Below, in pieces: positions 13,890 through 25,947 of a DNA stretch of 64,000 bases. The stretch is taken from the NCBI GenBank assembly GCA_951406725.2, contig OX597815.1:114886001-114950000 (forward strand), written 5' to 3'. Source of the stretch: Octopus vulgaris. Lineage: Eukaryota. The notes below the pieces were generated by a model. It saw only the letters and a list, made by a program, of their open reading frames with translations. It did not search any database and was not told the DNA's origin. Position numbers and translations under genes: made by a program. Numbering within the stretch: position 1 is the first letter of the stretch; every line of letters begins with the position of its first letter.

Positions 13890-15326
13890 TCATCATCATC
13901 ATCATCATCATTTAGCGTCCGTTTTCCATGCTAGCATGGGTTGGACGGTTCTGCTGGGGTCTGTGAAGCCAGAAGGCTTCATCAGGCCCAGTCAAATCTG
14001 GCAATGTTTCTACGGCTGGATGCCCTTCCTAACGCCAACCACTCCGTGAGTGTAGTGGGTGCTTTTTACGTGCCACCCGCACTGGTGCCAGCCAGAGCTG
14101 GCAAACGGCCACGAACGGATGGTGTTTTTTATGTGCCACCGGCACGAGGGCCAGGCGAGGCTGGCAACGAACACGAAACGGGGCGGTGCTGGCAACGGTC
14201 GCGAAACGGAAGGTTCTCTTACATGCCACCGGCACTGGTAACACATCTGCAATTTCCATTGATCGATTTCCATTGATCGATTTCGATTCTGATCCTCACT
14301 TGCCTCAATGGGTCTTCACAAGCAGAGTTTCGACATGCCACCGGCACTGGTAGTACATCCGCAATTTCCATTGATCGATTTCGATTCTGATCCTCACTTG
14401 CCTCAACACGTCTTCACAAGTAGAGTTTTGTGTCCCAAGAAGGGAAGGTATGCATACGTAGGCTGGCTCCATCCCATGTAGAAGGTCACGGGTTGTGGAC
14501 TCACTTGTCCTGCCGGGTCTTCTCGCGCACAGCACACTTCCAGAGGTCTCGGTCTCTAGTCATTTCCTCGGTGAGACCTAAAGTTCGAAGGTCGTGCTTC
14601 ACCACCTCGTCCCAGGTTTTCCTGGGTCTGCCTCTTCCACAGGTTCCCTCAACCGCTAGGGTGTGGCACTTTTTCACACAACTATCTTCATCCATTCTCG
14701 CCACATGACCATACCAGCGCAAACGTCTCTCTTGCACACCACAACTGATGCTTCTTAGGTCCAGCTTTTCTCTCAAGGTACTTACACTCTGCCGAGTGTG
14801 AGTACTGGCATTACACATCCATCGGAGCATACTGGCTTCATTTCTAGCGAGCTTACACATATCCTCAGCAGTCACGGCCCATGTTTCACTGCCATGTAGC
14901 ATGGCTGTTCGTACACACGCATCATACAGTCTGCCTTTCACTCTGTGCGAGAGGCCTTTGTCACCAGCAGAGGTAAGAGCTCTCTGAACTTTGCCCAAGC
15001 TATTCTTACTCTAGCAGTTACACTTTCAGCACACCCGCCCCCGCTGCTTACTTGGTCACCTAGGTAACGGAAACTATCAACTATTTCTAGTTTTTCTCCC
15101 TGGAAAGTGACAGAAGTTGGTCTCAGAGCATTTTCAGTGTTTATTGTTCCTGAGCATCTGCCACATACAAAAACCATCTTCCTAGTTAGCCTTCCTTTGA
15201 CATTGCTGCATCTCTTATGTGTCCATAGCTTACACTTGGTGCATCTTATAGAGTTTCTACCTACACCTTTTCTACAGATCGAGCAGGGCCATCTACCTGA
15301 AGGTGTTTGTGATTTGTCTACCTTCC
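13890..15326 (-). mobile_element. Young 5'-truncated RTE-clade LINE (PHD-like finger, RT thumb/C-terminus, long repetitive 3' UTR, (TGA)n tail)
   Basis: ORFs 14938..15339 and 14501..14998 join across one frameshift: VDSFRYLGD...AWAKFRELLPLL...GSETW...RRLRWYGHVARM...GRGRPRKTW. CpG dinucleotides are retained. Confidence 0.95.
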
Positions 15327-15572
15327 TAATATGTGACAATTATTCGGTAGCCATGATAAAACTCCGAGTTTCGGATGCTGAGGTGGAAATCCGATGGCCA
15401 GATAACTGAAGAGATGGCGGCATGAATTTCCACTTCGGCATCTGAAACTCGGTGTTTTATCATGGTTACCGAATAATTGCTACATATTACATTTACACAT
15501 AAATTCCTCTATTTACATAATATCAAGGTCTCTTTCTTTCTTTTGTTGTCTTACCATTTTTATCAATATATA
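15327..15572 (+). mobile_element. Hammerhead-like fold-back repeat (Penelope pLTR-like); second copy at 51745-51911 (-)
   Basis: 15327-15392 is the inverted copy of about 15424-15489. Core GATAA-CTGAAGA...GAAACTCGG(A/T)GTT-TTATC. Confidence 0.7.
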
Positions 15573-16049
15573 TATATATATAATCAGGGTATTAGACAGT
15601 ACCTGCATTGTTAGAAATACACACATGGTCAATACACATATGGTGACATGAGTATTTTTAGCTCTCAACCACAATACCCATTGACAAGAACTAAGTGTTT
15701 ATCACAGGGTTCGAAATCACATAATATGAGTACATCCGCAAAATCATTTGCCATTTTTACTCACTATTCTTAAGTTGGCTTTTCTGTTTACTTGTTTCTT
15801 CAAATTCACTAGTGTGTATAAGTAATAAATGTGGTTTTTGAATCATTTTGACTCTTATGTCTAGCAATGCTGGAACTACCTAGTACCCTCATTATAAATT
15901 AATAATTTAACCTTCATAGTTATTTTATGCTTGCTAGCCACTTATATTATTATTATTTATTAATAATAATAATATTTTTATATATATCATCATCATCATC
16001 GTTTAACGTCCGTTTTCCGTGCTAGCACGGGTTGGACGGAAAATAAATG

Positions 16050-16116
16050 CAAGCTCACCAGGATACGAACCTGGAATCTTCTGATACGCAGTCAGACATG
16101 TTATCCATTGCGTAAC
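16050..16116 (-). pseudogene. 5'-truncated tRNA-Arg(ACG)-like pseudogene or SINE head
   Basis: CGCAATGGATAACATGTCTGACTGCGTATCAGAAGATTCCAGGTTCGTATCCTGG closely follows the metazoan tRNA-Arg-ACG body. The anticodon loop is mutated and the 5' acceptor strand is missing. Confidence 0.8.
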
Positions 16117-16147
<31 letters not shown>

Positions 16148-17351
16148 TATATATATATACATATATATATATATGCATTAGAACAGGTTGTGGGTGTATG
16201 GTTAAGAGAACCAGTTTGCATGGTCCTAAAGTTGATTACATTACACAACACTGTACAAAAGTAACTTCTACTATAGCCTCAAATCAGCTATTGCTTGATG
16301 GGCTTCTGTGGTGGAAATTGTACAAAAGCCTATACTACATACATGCACTCAGTTGAGTGTATTTTAATAGCATAGGTTAAGGGATGCAAAAAAGCCTCAC
16401 TTAGGTTTTGCCAGGAGTACTCTAGGCAGTATACACTCTAACTACACTACTGGTGCATTTATGTTTATACCAGCCCCACAAATTTGTTTTTATGTGTCTC
16501 TTTATATCTTTTAACTCGGCAGTTCAACAAAAAGAGATTGATAAATTAAGTACCAGACTGAAATAAGTAGTGGAGTTGATATGATTGACTAAAACCTTTG
16601 AATGCAATACTGAAGCTTTATTGTTGTTCAATGAACAACAGCAGTGGAAGAGTATAAAGAAATACATTCAAACTATTGCTACCCTAATTATTAATGCCCA
16701 GCTATCAACCTTGTACTATTAAGCAAAAGTTGTTATACTTGGCATACATGTAAAAATCTTGTTTACATATTTATAAGTAGTTCTACAATACTTCTTTTTG
16801 GCAGCTTGTAAGACAAAAGTAAGAGATTCCTAATGAGTTATAAATGAAATATGAAACTAACCAGTTTGATCTTCATTCCAAGCTACCAAAAAGCCCTGCT
16901 ATCTACTTTCATTGCTATAGTGTATATATATATATACACACACACATATACATGTATATATATATACAAGTATATATGTATGTATGTATGTATATATATG
17001 TGTGTGTGTCTGTATATTTATGTGTGTATATATGTGTGTGTGTGTGTTTATATATGTATGTATATATGTATGTATGTATATCTATTTAACTACCTATTTG
17101 TCTATCTACACAAATGTGTTGGTGTATATGTATGCATGTATAAAGACACATATGCACACGCAGACATGCATGCAGATATGCACACAGACACACACACACA
17201 TAGACAGCTATGTATGTATATAGGTTTAACAATTGACTAAGCACTATTACTGAAAATATTTGCAATTTGCTATTATGTTAAAATCATGCATTATATATTT
17301 TTGTTAGAGTAAACTACGAGAAATACTGAAAAGATTTATATGATGACATAC

Positions 17352-17454
17352 CATCCAAAAACCTTGATTCCTGTAATTATATGTTCATGCTGGAGATCCA
17401 ACACTGTCCAAGCCTGTTGGATTGAAGGAATTACCCAAAAACTACAGTTGTCAT
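17352..17454 (-). CDS. Exon K; (N)DNCSFWVIPSIQQAWTVLDLQHEHIITGIKVFG(W), discoidin/F5/8C core
   Basis: Boundaries ttag|ATGACA...GGATG|gtatg; 103 nt; phase 1 to 2. Signature W..LDL.....ITGI...G. Confidence 0.92.
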
Positions 17455-18556
17455 CTAAACAAAAATAAAAAAAGATAGATAAATTAAAAACAAAGGACAT
17501 CAACTCAGAGTACGCCTTATACTCTATTCTGTCTACAATGGTTATAAATAAAAGGATTATATAGTTTAAAACAATCCTGATCTACAAAATATATTTCAAG
17601 ACTGCTGGCTTGAAATGTTGGAAACAGAAGCCAAATCTCTCTTAAGCTGCACAATACTATCTTGAAATCTTTTTTAAAGAAGGACATACTCTATAATGTA
17701 GTCCAGAAGAAGAAAAGTTAAAAACATAGAATAGGCATGGCATGAATAATGAATGATGCTCTTGATTGTAGGTTTCCTCATCCAGGAACAAATTAGGGCC
17801 AAACAATAACAACAACAAAGGCAACTATTATTATTACAATTGGATTAGAGTGGTAAGCTGGCAGGATTGTTAGTGAGTCAGACTAAATGCTTAGCAGTGT
17901 TTCTTCTGGTTCTTTACATTCAGACTTCAAATGTAGCCAAGGCTGACTATGTTTTTCATCCTGTCATAGTCAAACTAATAAGTACCAGTTGAGCAATGAG
18001 ATCGATGTAATTGATGAGCCCCACCCAATTTTCAGGCCTTGTGCCTATAGTAGAAAGAATTGTTACAATTGAAGTTAAAGCTATGAGCTGACAGAACCAT
18101 TAGAACATTGGGGAAAAATGGTTTGCTCTATATCATCTTAGTTCAAATCTCACAGAAGTCAATTTCTCTTCCTATCCCTATGGGGTTGATAAAATAAAAT
18201 AACAATCAAGTACTTGAATCAATATTACTGTCTAACTTACTTTCTTCTATATTTCTGGCCTTGGACCAAAATTAGAAGTATTATTATAATTTCTTTATTA
18301 CTATATGTATATATCTCGATATGTATATATCTATGCATGTGTATGTCTTTGTGTTTGTGTTTGTCCTCCATCACCATTTGACAATCAGTGTTGGTTTTAG
18401 GTCTCAGTAATTTAGCAGTTCAGCAAAAGAGGGACTGATAGAATAGGTACCAGACAATTATAAGTATTGATTTGTATGACTAAAATCCTTCAAAGCAGTG
18501 CCCCACTATGACTGCAGTCCAAATGACTGAAACAAGTAAGAGGAAGATAAAAGATT

Positions 18557-18850
18557 ATACAGTTCTATATTTGAGAGATGAGGAATTATGTACATTATTT
18601 ACATTTGATGGATATTTGTCCTCATCTAGTTTGTTGTTAACAATGTTTCAGCTGATATACACTCCAGCCTTCTTCAGGTATCTTGGGGAAATTTCGAACC
18701 TGGGTTCTCATTCCTAAGGTATTTTTCGATGTTATCATTATTATTATTATTATTCAGGTCACTGCCTGGAATTGAACTCAGAATCTTGGGGTTAAGAGCA
18801 TGGGCTACTAACCCCAAGATTCTGAGTTCGATTCTAGGCAGTGACCTGAC

Positions 18851-18898
<48 letters not shown>

Positions 18899-19056
18899 TA
18901 ACAACAACATCGAAAAATACCTTAGGAATGAGAACCCAGGTTTGAAATTTCCCCAAGATACCTGATGAAGGCTGGAGGGTATATCAACCGAAACACTGTA
19001 TTAACAACAAACAAGATGAGGACAAATATCTGTCAAATGTAAATTATGTAAATAAT
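18557..19056. mobile_element. Fold-back insertion of a tRNA-headed, hammerhead-bearing short retroelement with 14-bp TSD
   Basis: Arms of about 210-250 bp are reverse complements. GAAGATAAAAGATT flanks both sides (18543-18556, 19057-19070). B box GAGTTCGATTC; CTGATGA...GAAAC core. Confidence 0.8.
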
Positions 19057-19242
19057 GAAGATAAAAGATTATTATTGTAATTTTTTAAATTATCTTTACA
19101 TTTACATTCTTTCCTAGTTTTAGATTCTTCTCCATATTTGCACTAATACATTCATATCAATGTAACAACTGGTTTGTTAATTTGTTTATTTGCCAGCATA
19201 AAAAAGTGCAAATATTGACAATTAAAAATTATCCTAGGACCA

Positions 19243-19473
19243 TATGAGCGGGTACTGAAAAGTTCCTGGCTTTAAGGGTATCACAAAGGGTATCAAAAGG
19301 TTGGTGGCCTAACCTTCTGAGTTTTTTTTTTTTGCAGTGCTTAGAAAAACTGAAGGACTGTTGCAATAAGTGTATGGATCTGAGAGTGGACTATGTTAAA
19401 TAAAATCATAATTAACTGATCCTCCTGTATTTTCTTTTACCCAAAGCCAGGAACTTTTCAGCACCCCCTCGTA
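19243..19473 (+). mobile_element. Mariner-derived MITE
   Basis: TA-flanked TIRs TA(T/C)GAG(C/G)GGGT(A/G)CTGAAAAGTTCCTGGCTTT. Internal remnant of the transposase C-terminus (LEKLKDCCNKCMDLRVDYVK*). Confidence 0.88.
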
Positions 19474-20351
19474 GTTATCCTTGTCTTTATTTTCATAGTA
19501 AATGTTAGATAAACAAAGGAGGTACAGCAAAAGAAATTTTAAGTGTTCCCATCTCTGTGATGCTTTGTTTCATTTTGTAACCAATCAAATTCCCCCTTCA
19601 AATCCTGAATATACAGATTAAAAAATATATCCTGTTGATAAGTAAATTTTCTTTCTTGTCTGAGCATTTTTGCCGTAAAACTACTAGTTACAATGAAAGA
19701 ATAACTTCAGCTTATAATAAAAATATATACACTTTACTTGTTTGTACTGAGTTTTTTTTTAAATTTCTTATTTGCTTATTCAAATGCATAAATAGATATA
19801 TACATACACATTTACCTATCTCCCTACTCAGGTCATTTCTCTCCCTCTTACCCTCTCTCTCTAAATAAATAATGCTTGTTTTTATGTTCAGTTATAATAA
19901 AAATGATTCTACACTAATCTAATGGGTTAGTCTATACTTTTGTAGAGTACAAATTTATTATTCTTATGCAAGAATTGTTGACTATGACTTCGAAGTCCCT
20001 GTCAACAACATTCCTGTATAAGAATATATATATATATAGTCAATTCAAATAAACAAATAAAAAATGAAAAAAAAAAAAAGGCAAACAACAAATGTGAGGA
20101 CAGGCACAAGAAGTGTATTAGCTTGATGCTTGGTGAAAGGAGGGAGCTTAACATTTCGAGCATAGCTCTTTGTCAGAAAGGAGAAAGGGAAAAGTCCAAA
20201 GAAGAAGAAATTGCCAACAGTACAAACACACAAACACACACACACATGCACACACACACAAATACACACACACACACACACACATTCATAAATACACACA
20301 AAGAAATAAAAACGTGGAATAAGGTGACATACAGAAAGAGAAAAAGATATG

Positions 20352-20800
20352 TTAATGCTTTGGTTACCCTATTTCTGTTAAAATACACTGCCTTTCTTTC
20401 AATTAATTTTGAAAACAATAAAAAATTTATTAAAATATATTTGTCATTATTAAGCTGATGTTTCAAATGTAAATTAACATAAGTTTTGATAGAAGGTTTT
20501 AGTTTAGATCACTTTAACCCTTTAGCATTTAAACTGGTCATATTTGGCCCAAATATTCTATCTATTTTGTATTTAAACTGGCAAGATCCAGCCTCTCACT
20601 CCTACCCTACAATGTCATTCTAAAAATAAATGATCACCTCATCAAAATCTTGAAGTTACAAGATAATTGTGGTTAATTCAAAGCAATGTGAAAGAATAGG
20701 CATTACATTTGGCAAAATAATCTGAATGCTAAAGGGTTAAGACAGAATGTGTATCATTGATTTAGGGGTAGATTCAGCTGAGTTGGTATTGAGAGTTAAA
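20352..20800. mobile_element. Second piggyBac-like MITE family with a nested TTAA MITE at 20514-20740 (relatives about 22541-22809, 38537-38745)
   Basis: Shared body TTACCxTATTTCTG...AATA(C/T)ACTG...AATTAATTTTGAAAA. The inner element has perfect TTAA TSDs. Confidence 0.7.
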
Positions 20801-20849
20801 AGTCAAAGGTCAAATTGGCCTTGAGTAGATTTGTAAAAATAATCACCAC

Positions 20850-21217
20850 CCATGCCAGTGGAACGTTAAAAGCACCATTTGAGCATGATTGTTGCCAGGG
20901 CTGCTGACTGGCTGTCGTGCTGGTGGCACGTAAAAAACACCATTTGAGCATGGTCATTGCCAGTGCCACCAGACTGGCTTCTGTGCAGGTGGCATGTAAA
21001 AAGCACCATTTGAGTGTGGCCGATGCCAGTACTGTCTGACTGGCCCTTGTGCCAGTGGCACATAATAACACCCACTACACTCTTGGAGTGGTTGGCATTA
21101 GGAAGGGCATCCAGCTGTAGAAACTTTGCCTAACCAGATCGGAGCCTGGTGCACCCTTCAGTCAAACTGTCCAGCCCATACCAGCATGGAAAGCAGACGT
21201 TAAATGATGATGAAGAT
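20850..21217 (+). mobile_element. RTE 3' UTR fragment (similar at 31640-31890, 32718-33150 (-), 42530-42750, 45700-45918, 46476-46560, 51560-51735 (-))
   Basis: GTGGCAC(G/A)TAAAAAGCACC subrepeats, GGAAGGGCATCCAGCTGTAGAAAC and terminal CATGGAAA...TAAATGATGATG. Confidence 0.85.
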
Positions 21218-22090
21218 CAAGCAAGAAAATAAGAAAAAAAACAAAGATTCTTAAATTAAGAAAATTAGTTATTAAGAAAAAAATCTAGAAGCTCAGGAAT
21301 GTGAGATATAATGCAAAAAAATAAAATGGGTGTAAAATAATGACAATAATGGTTTCAAATTTTGGCACAGGGTCAGCAATTTTAAGGGAGGGGTTAAGTT
21401 GATCACATTGATCCCAATGCTGAACGGTTACTTATATTTTTGACCCTGAATGGATAAAAGAGAGAGTTGACCGTGGCAGAATTTGAACTTTGAACATAAA
21501 GCTGGATGAAATGCTGCTAAGCATTTTACCTAGCCTGCTAATGATTCTGCCAGCTTACTGCCCTAATAATCCTTTCTACTGAAGGCACAAGGCCTGAAAT
21601 TTGAGGGGAGAGGACTAGTTCATTACATCAACCCCAGTGTTTCACTGGTATTTAATTTATTGGACCTGAAAGGATGAAAGACAAAGTCTACCTTGGTAGA
21701 ATTTGAATGCAGAACATGAAAATGGATGAAATGCTGCTAAGCATTTGCCCAGCGTTCTAACAATTTGGCCAGTTCACTGCCCTAATAATAATGATAATAA
21801 TGATAAATATAAGTATATAATAATAATATTAGGGAGTAAATCCAAACTTACAGGGAAAAATTAGATTTAGGATTAAATCTAATTTTACAGTATAAATATA
21901 TATATATATATTAAATTAGAGATAAAACCACTATTAGGCAAATCAAACAGTGAAAAACATAAACCAAAGCATTTTAAATTTCGAATTTTATATTTTATAT
22001 ATTTTGTATATTATATTAATTAATTTTATTTCTATGCTTTGGTTTATGTTTTTCACTGTTTGATTTGCCTAATAGTGGTTTTATCTCTAA

Positions 22091-22141
<51 letters not shown>

Positions 22142-22182
22142 CACATGCACATATAGTCAGGAGAATGACACACAGTACTTAC

Positions 22183-22281
22183 TATCTAAAATATTAGTAT
22201 TTGGACTCATTGCAGTACAACAACTGCAATAACTTGGCGAGTTTTCTGTCCATTTCATGTTATTTTCAAGTTCCGGATATT
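22183..22281 (-). CDS. Exon J; (K)YPELENNMKWTENSPSYCSCCTAMSPNTNILD, start of discoidin-like domain
   Basis: Boundaries ttag|AATATC...TAGATA|gtaag; 99 nt; phase 1 to 1. Joins exon K to give NILDNDNCSFW, the F5/8C 'N..DG...T.W' pattern. Confidence 0.88.
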
Positions 22282-23497
22282 CTAACAGAAACAAACAAAC
22301 AAATAAATACACAAATGAATAATCACGTTAGCAATAAATAATAGTTTTGAGAAAGAAAAATCAAAGAATTAGTCTAAATTATTCTTTGAACAAATATTTT
22401 CCAGGAACACATGTAGGCACACACACACACACACACAAGCACTCACATACACATGCACTTACTCACACACACATGTACTCATAATATACACTCATGCACT
22501 CACACACACATGCACACATGAAGAAAAACACCTGTAGCTTTTAACCCTTTTATGGTCATATTACTAATGAAATATACTGCAGATGAATTTTGGAAATAAT
22601 CAACAATTTGAGGGAATTTGGTAAAATAACTTTCTATGTTATCAAGCTGGCAATTGGAACATAACTTAAAAAAAGGTTCTTACATAAAATTATCAGGGAA
22701 GATTTTAATTTAGATATGAGCATCTTAAAAGAAAAAAAGTCTCAGATGAACTATCATGAAAAGAGTTTTGGCTGCTGTGTCACCAATGAAAGCTTTGTGT
22801 CAAGGTTAAGTCTCTGTAGAATTCAAATTCTAGAGTGAGATTTAGAGAGGGATAGGCTCCACCAATTTGACTTGTCTGATAGCACCACATGAAGACATTT
22901 TCAAATACAGTGTGCATGGATGCATTTTCAAATATACTGGTATCGTTGTGTGATTAGGAAGTTTGATTTCTGACCAGGTGGTCCTGGGTTCAGTGCCATT
23001 GCACAGCATCTTGGTATATTGTTTTACTGGGCCAACCAAAGCCTTGTGAGTGGATTTGGTAGATAGAGACTGAAAGAAGCCCATTGTATGTATGTGTGCA
23101 CACACATGCATGCACACACACACATGTGTATGTTTGTGTGTGTGTGTGTGCCCATGTCTTGACATCATGTGATGGTAGTAAGCAAGCATCACTGTTATAC
23201 CAGTGGTGTTGTTTGTTTTCAGTCTTCTGTGGAAAATGTCTGGTCACAGGAAATATCATCTAGCTTGGAAACAGTTGTGGGTTGGTGACAGAAAGGGCAT
23301 CCAGCCATAGAAAAGCTGCCTTAATAAATTCCATCTGATTTATAAAAGCATGGAAAAGTGGACATTCAATGATGATGACAGGTGCATGCACTACCACTCC
23401 CATGCACTGTCCATTCTTATACACAAATAACATAACTAAAACAGAATGAAATGAAATGTTTCAGAAAAAAGACAAAACAAAATCCAATAGTCCTTAC

Positions 23498-23581
23498 TTT
23501 TGATATAAGATTTTTTTCGACGTTCTACAAAAGAGCTATTAAACTGTACATGGGCACGTCTTAATTCTCCTGTGCTGTATT
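23498..23581 (-). CDS. Exon I; (E)YSTGELRRAHVQFNSSFVERRKKSYIK, linker
   Basis: Boundaries tcag|AATACA...TCAAAA|gtaag; 84 nt; phase 1 to 1; open frame. It is symmetric, so phase continuity does not independently require it. Confidence 0.82.
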
Positions 23582-23739
23582 CTGAAATAGCAATAGCAAT
23601 AGCAATGAGTATTAAGTGAGGAAGCTGAAGTCACATGTAAGTTCAAACTGCAAGCTGTCACAGAATTTTTCTTGGATGGGTTAAAATGTAGCATCATGAG
23701 TATTTTCATTGAAATACTAAGGGGCTTTTTTTAACATGT

Positions 23740-23940
23740 CTTCTCTAGCCAAAGGCCCATAAAGCCAGTTTCCTGGATTCTATGGTGTATATATTTTTCA
23801 CCTGGATGGAATGCCAGTCTGGTGCAGGATTACTCATTTTTGTCAGCTGAGTGGACTGGAGCAATGTGGTACAGGAATCGAAACCACAATCTTATGATCA
23901 TGAGTGTAACACCCTAACCACTAAGCCACGCACCTCCACT
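23740..23940 (-). mobile_element. tRNA-derived SINE family C (V-domain-like body)
   Basis: Head GTGGCTTAGTGGTTAGGGTG...GGTTTCGATTCC. Body CCTGCACCAGACTGGCATTCCATCCAGG resembles the V-SINE core. Confidence 0.65.
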
Positions 23941-25344
23941 TTTCTCTAATATGATAGTACATCCAGTTTTTTGTAGGTGTAGTATGACTGGATAGTTAAG
24001 AAGTTTGCTTCATAACCTCAAGGTCCTCAGTTTGATTCCATTGTGTGGCATCTTAGGCAAGTGTCAGTTTCTATAACCTCAGGATTAACCCATCACTTTT
24101 GAGCAAACTTTGGGAGGCAGAAACTGTAAAGAAGCCCCCTGGGTGGGTTGTATTTCAAAAGGTACAGCCTTGCTACACACTGGTATCACGATGATTCTGT
24201 CTGAAAATTACATTAAGGGTACCTACGTTTGTGTGATGCTTGGCTGATTCCATATTAATTCAGGAGCAGATAATTCAGTTGATGAAACAGCTGAATTCTT
24301 ATTGTTGTACAATGTTGATCCACCAGTCATATATATTAGGACAACCTGCATCACAGTAAAGTTGGTATGGCCAAATTTGATGTACTGGATACATTATATC
24401 TGCATAGTCTAAGTCCTGAACTCAAGGTCACTCTCATGTGACCAACCCTCTCAAATAAGCATGTCATAAATTTACCTTTCTTTGGTTTTCCTTTAACTCA
24501 AGAAATAATGGTTATTCAGAATTTGAGCTGCACTCCAATATAGAAGGGTAACCATTTCCTGTGCTTGGTGTATGGATATCCTGGGTTGGTCAGGATTTCT
24601 ATACATCCTCTTGACTGCATGCTGTACAAAAGAGCAGTATGGTTGGCACCAAGCTGACTACAAGACTTGCAAGAAGAATGTCAAGTCAAACACTAAGTAC
24701 TTTAGGGACTCCACTCCAGACTTATTATAAGGTTTTCTCCCTAGATGTTGTTTCACCAAGCAATAATGGTATTTACACAGAGTTTGGGGACAGGCCCACT
24801 TAACCCTTTAATATTCAGATTACTCTGTCAAATGTAATCCTCATTTATTCAAATTGTTTTGAATTAACCCTGCATTATCTTGTAGCTCTGTGATTTCACT
24901 GAAGTGATTGTTTATTTTAAGAACGACATTGTAGGGTTGGTGTGAGAGGTTGGATCTGGCCAGTTTAAATATTAAAGAGCTGATCTGAATAAAATGTTAT
25001 ACCTTCTTAAAAACAACAGAAAACCTGATTGATAACAGTGTTGCAAATACACAACAGATATGTTTGGAGTTAATTAAGAGATATTTGGCTGCCAAATAGT
25101 AAAATTGAAATTACAATAGATTAGAGTTCAATGTATCAGTTTTTGGTATCAAAGCAAGAAGCACGTAGTTGTGAAGTGAACTTGTTAAGAGCACAACCAT
25201 GTCTACACTCATATATTGTAGATATAAGGAATTATGAGTAACACTGTCCACTTCCCCACAATAAAGTAAAAACAACAAAATATTAACTACAGTTGGTGAA
25301 CTTTCAGCTTGATACATTAAACATTGATGGATTTCTTTACTTAC

Positions 25345-25411
25345 CATCAAATAACCGCTGAAATTCATTTGGCCTATCTCTTGGCAAGTCTTTCACCATT
25401 TTTAAAGGGGT
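25345..25411 (-). CDS. Exon H; TPLKMVKDLPRDRPNEFQRLFD (ankyrin capping repeat)
   Basis: Boundaries tcag|ACCCCT...TTGATG|gtaag, with a long pyrimidine tract; 67 nt; phase 0 to 1. Completes GE|TPL. Confidence 0.92.
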
Positions 25412-25880
25412 CTGAAATGAAAAAAAAAAAAAGAAAAAGAAAATATTATATGTAAAATAGAATTTCTCAGTTAATGAATTGTTGTTGATTTCTATCTCTT
25501 TTAATGTCAAAGTTTTCCAAAATCTTATATCCTCACCTCACACACGTATGCACTCAATCATTCATACACAATTAAAAATTTTAAAAGAATTGAACATTTT
25601 TGTCTTAGTAAAATCTTTTGGACCTATAATATTAATACAATAAAATCCAAATAGACATTATTTAGTAATGATTTCTGAGTTAGACACAAAATCTTAATTA
25701 GTGGTGGTGGTGGGGATTAGTTAATGAAATTGATCCCACTACTTGACACTTCAGCAGGGTTTGAGCTTAAAATGTAAGTAGCTGCAACAAGGAGTTTTCT
25801 CCAACACTGTAATGATTCTACCAACATATCACACCTAGGACACCATCAAATACAAATATCATCAAATTAAATGCATTTAC

Positions 25881-25947
25881 CTCTCCAGCTGGATTGGCAA
25901 CATCTGTTTTTGCACCATATTGTAATAACCTCTCAGCTACTTGCAGT
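25881..25947 (-). CDS. Exon G; LQVAERLLQYGAKTDVANPAGE
   Basis: Boundaries gcag|ACTGCA...GGAGAG|gtaaa; 67 nt; phase 2 to 0. Ankyrin LL.YGA pattern. Confidence 0.92.

Noticed and set aside
18791-18848. Functional tRNA gene (anticodon-like ACT)
   Set aside because: It lacks the 5' acceptor and D-arm portion and is part of a repeated fold-back element, so I treated it as a SINE head.
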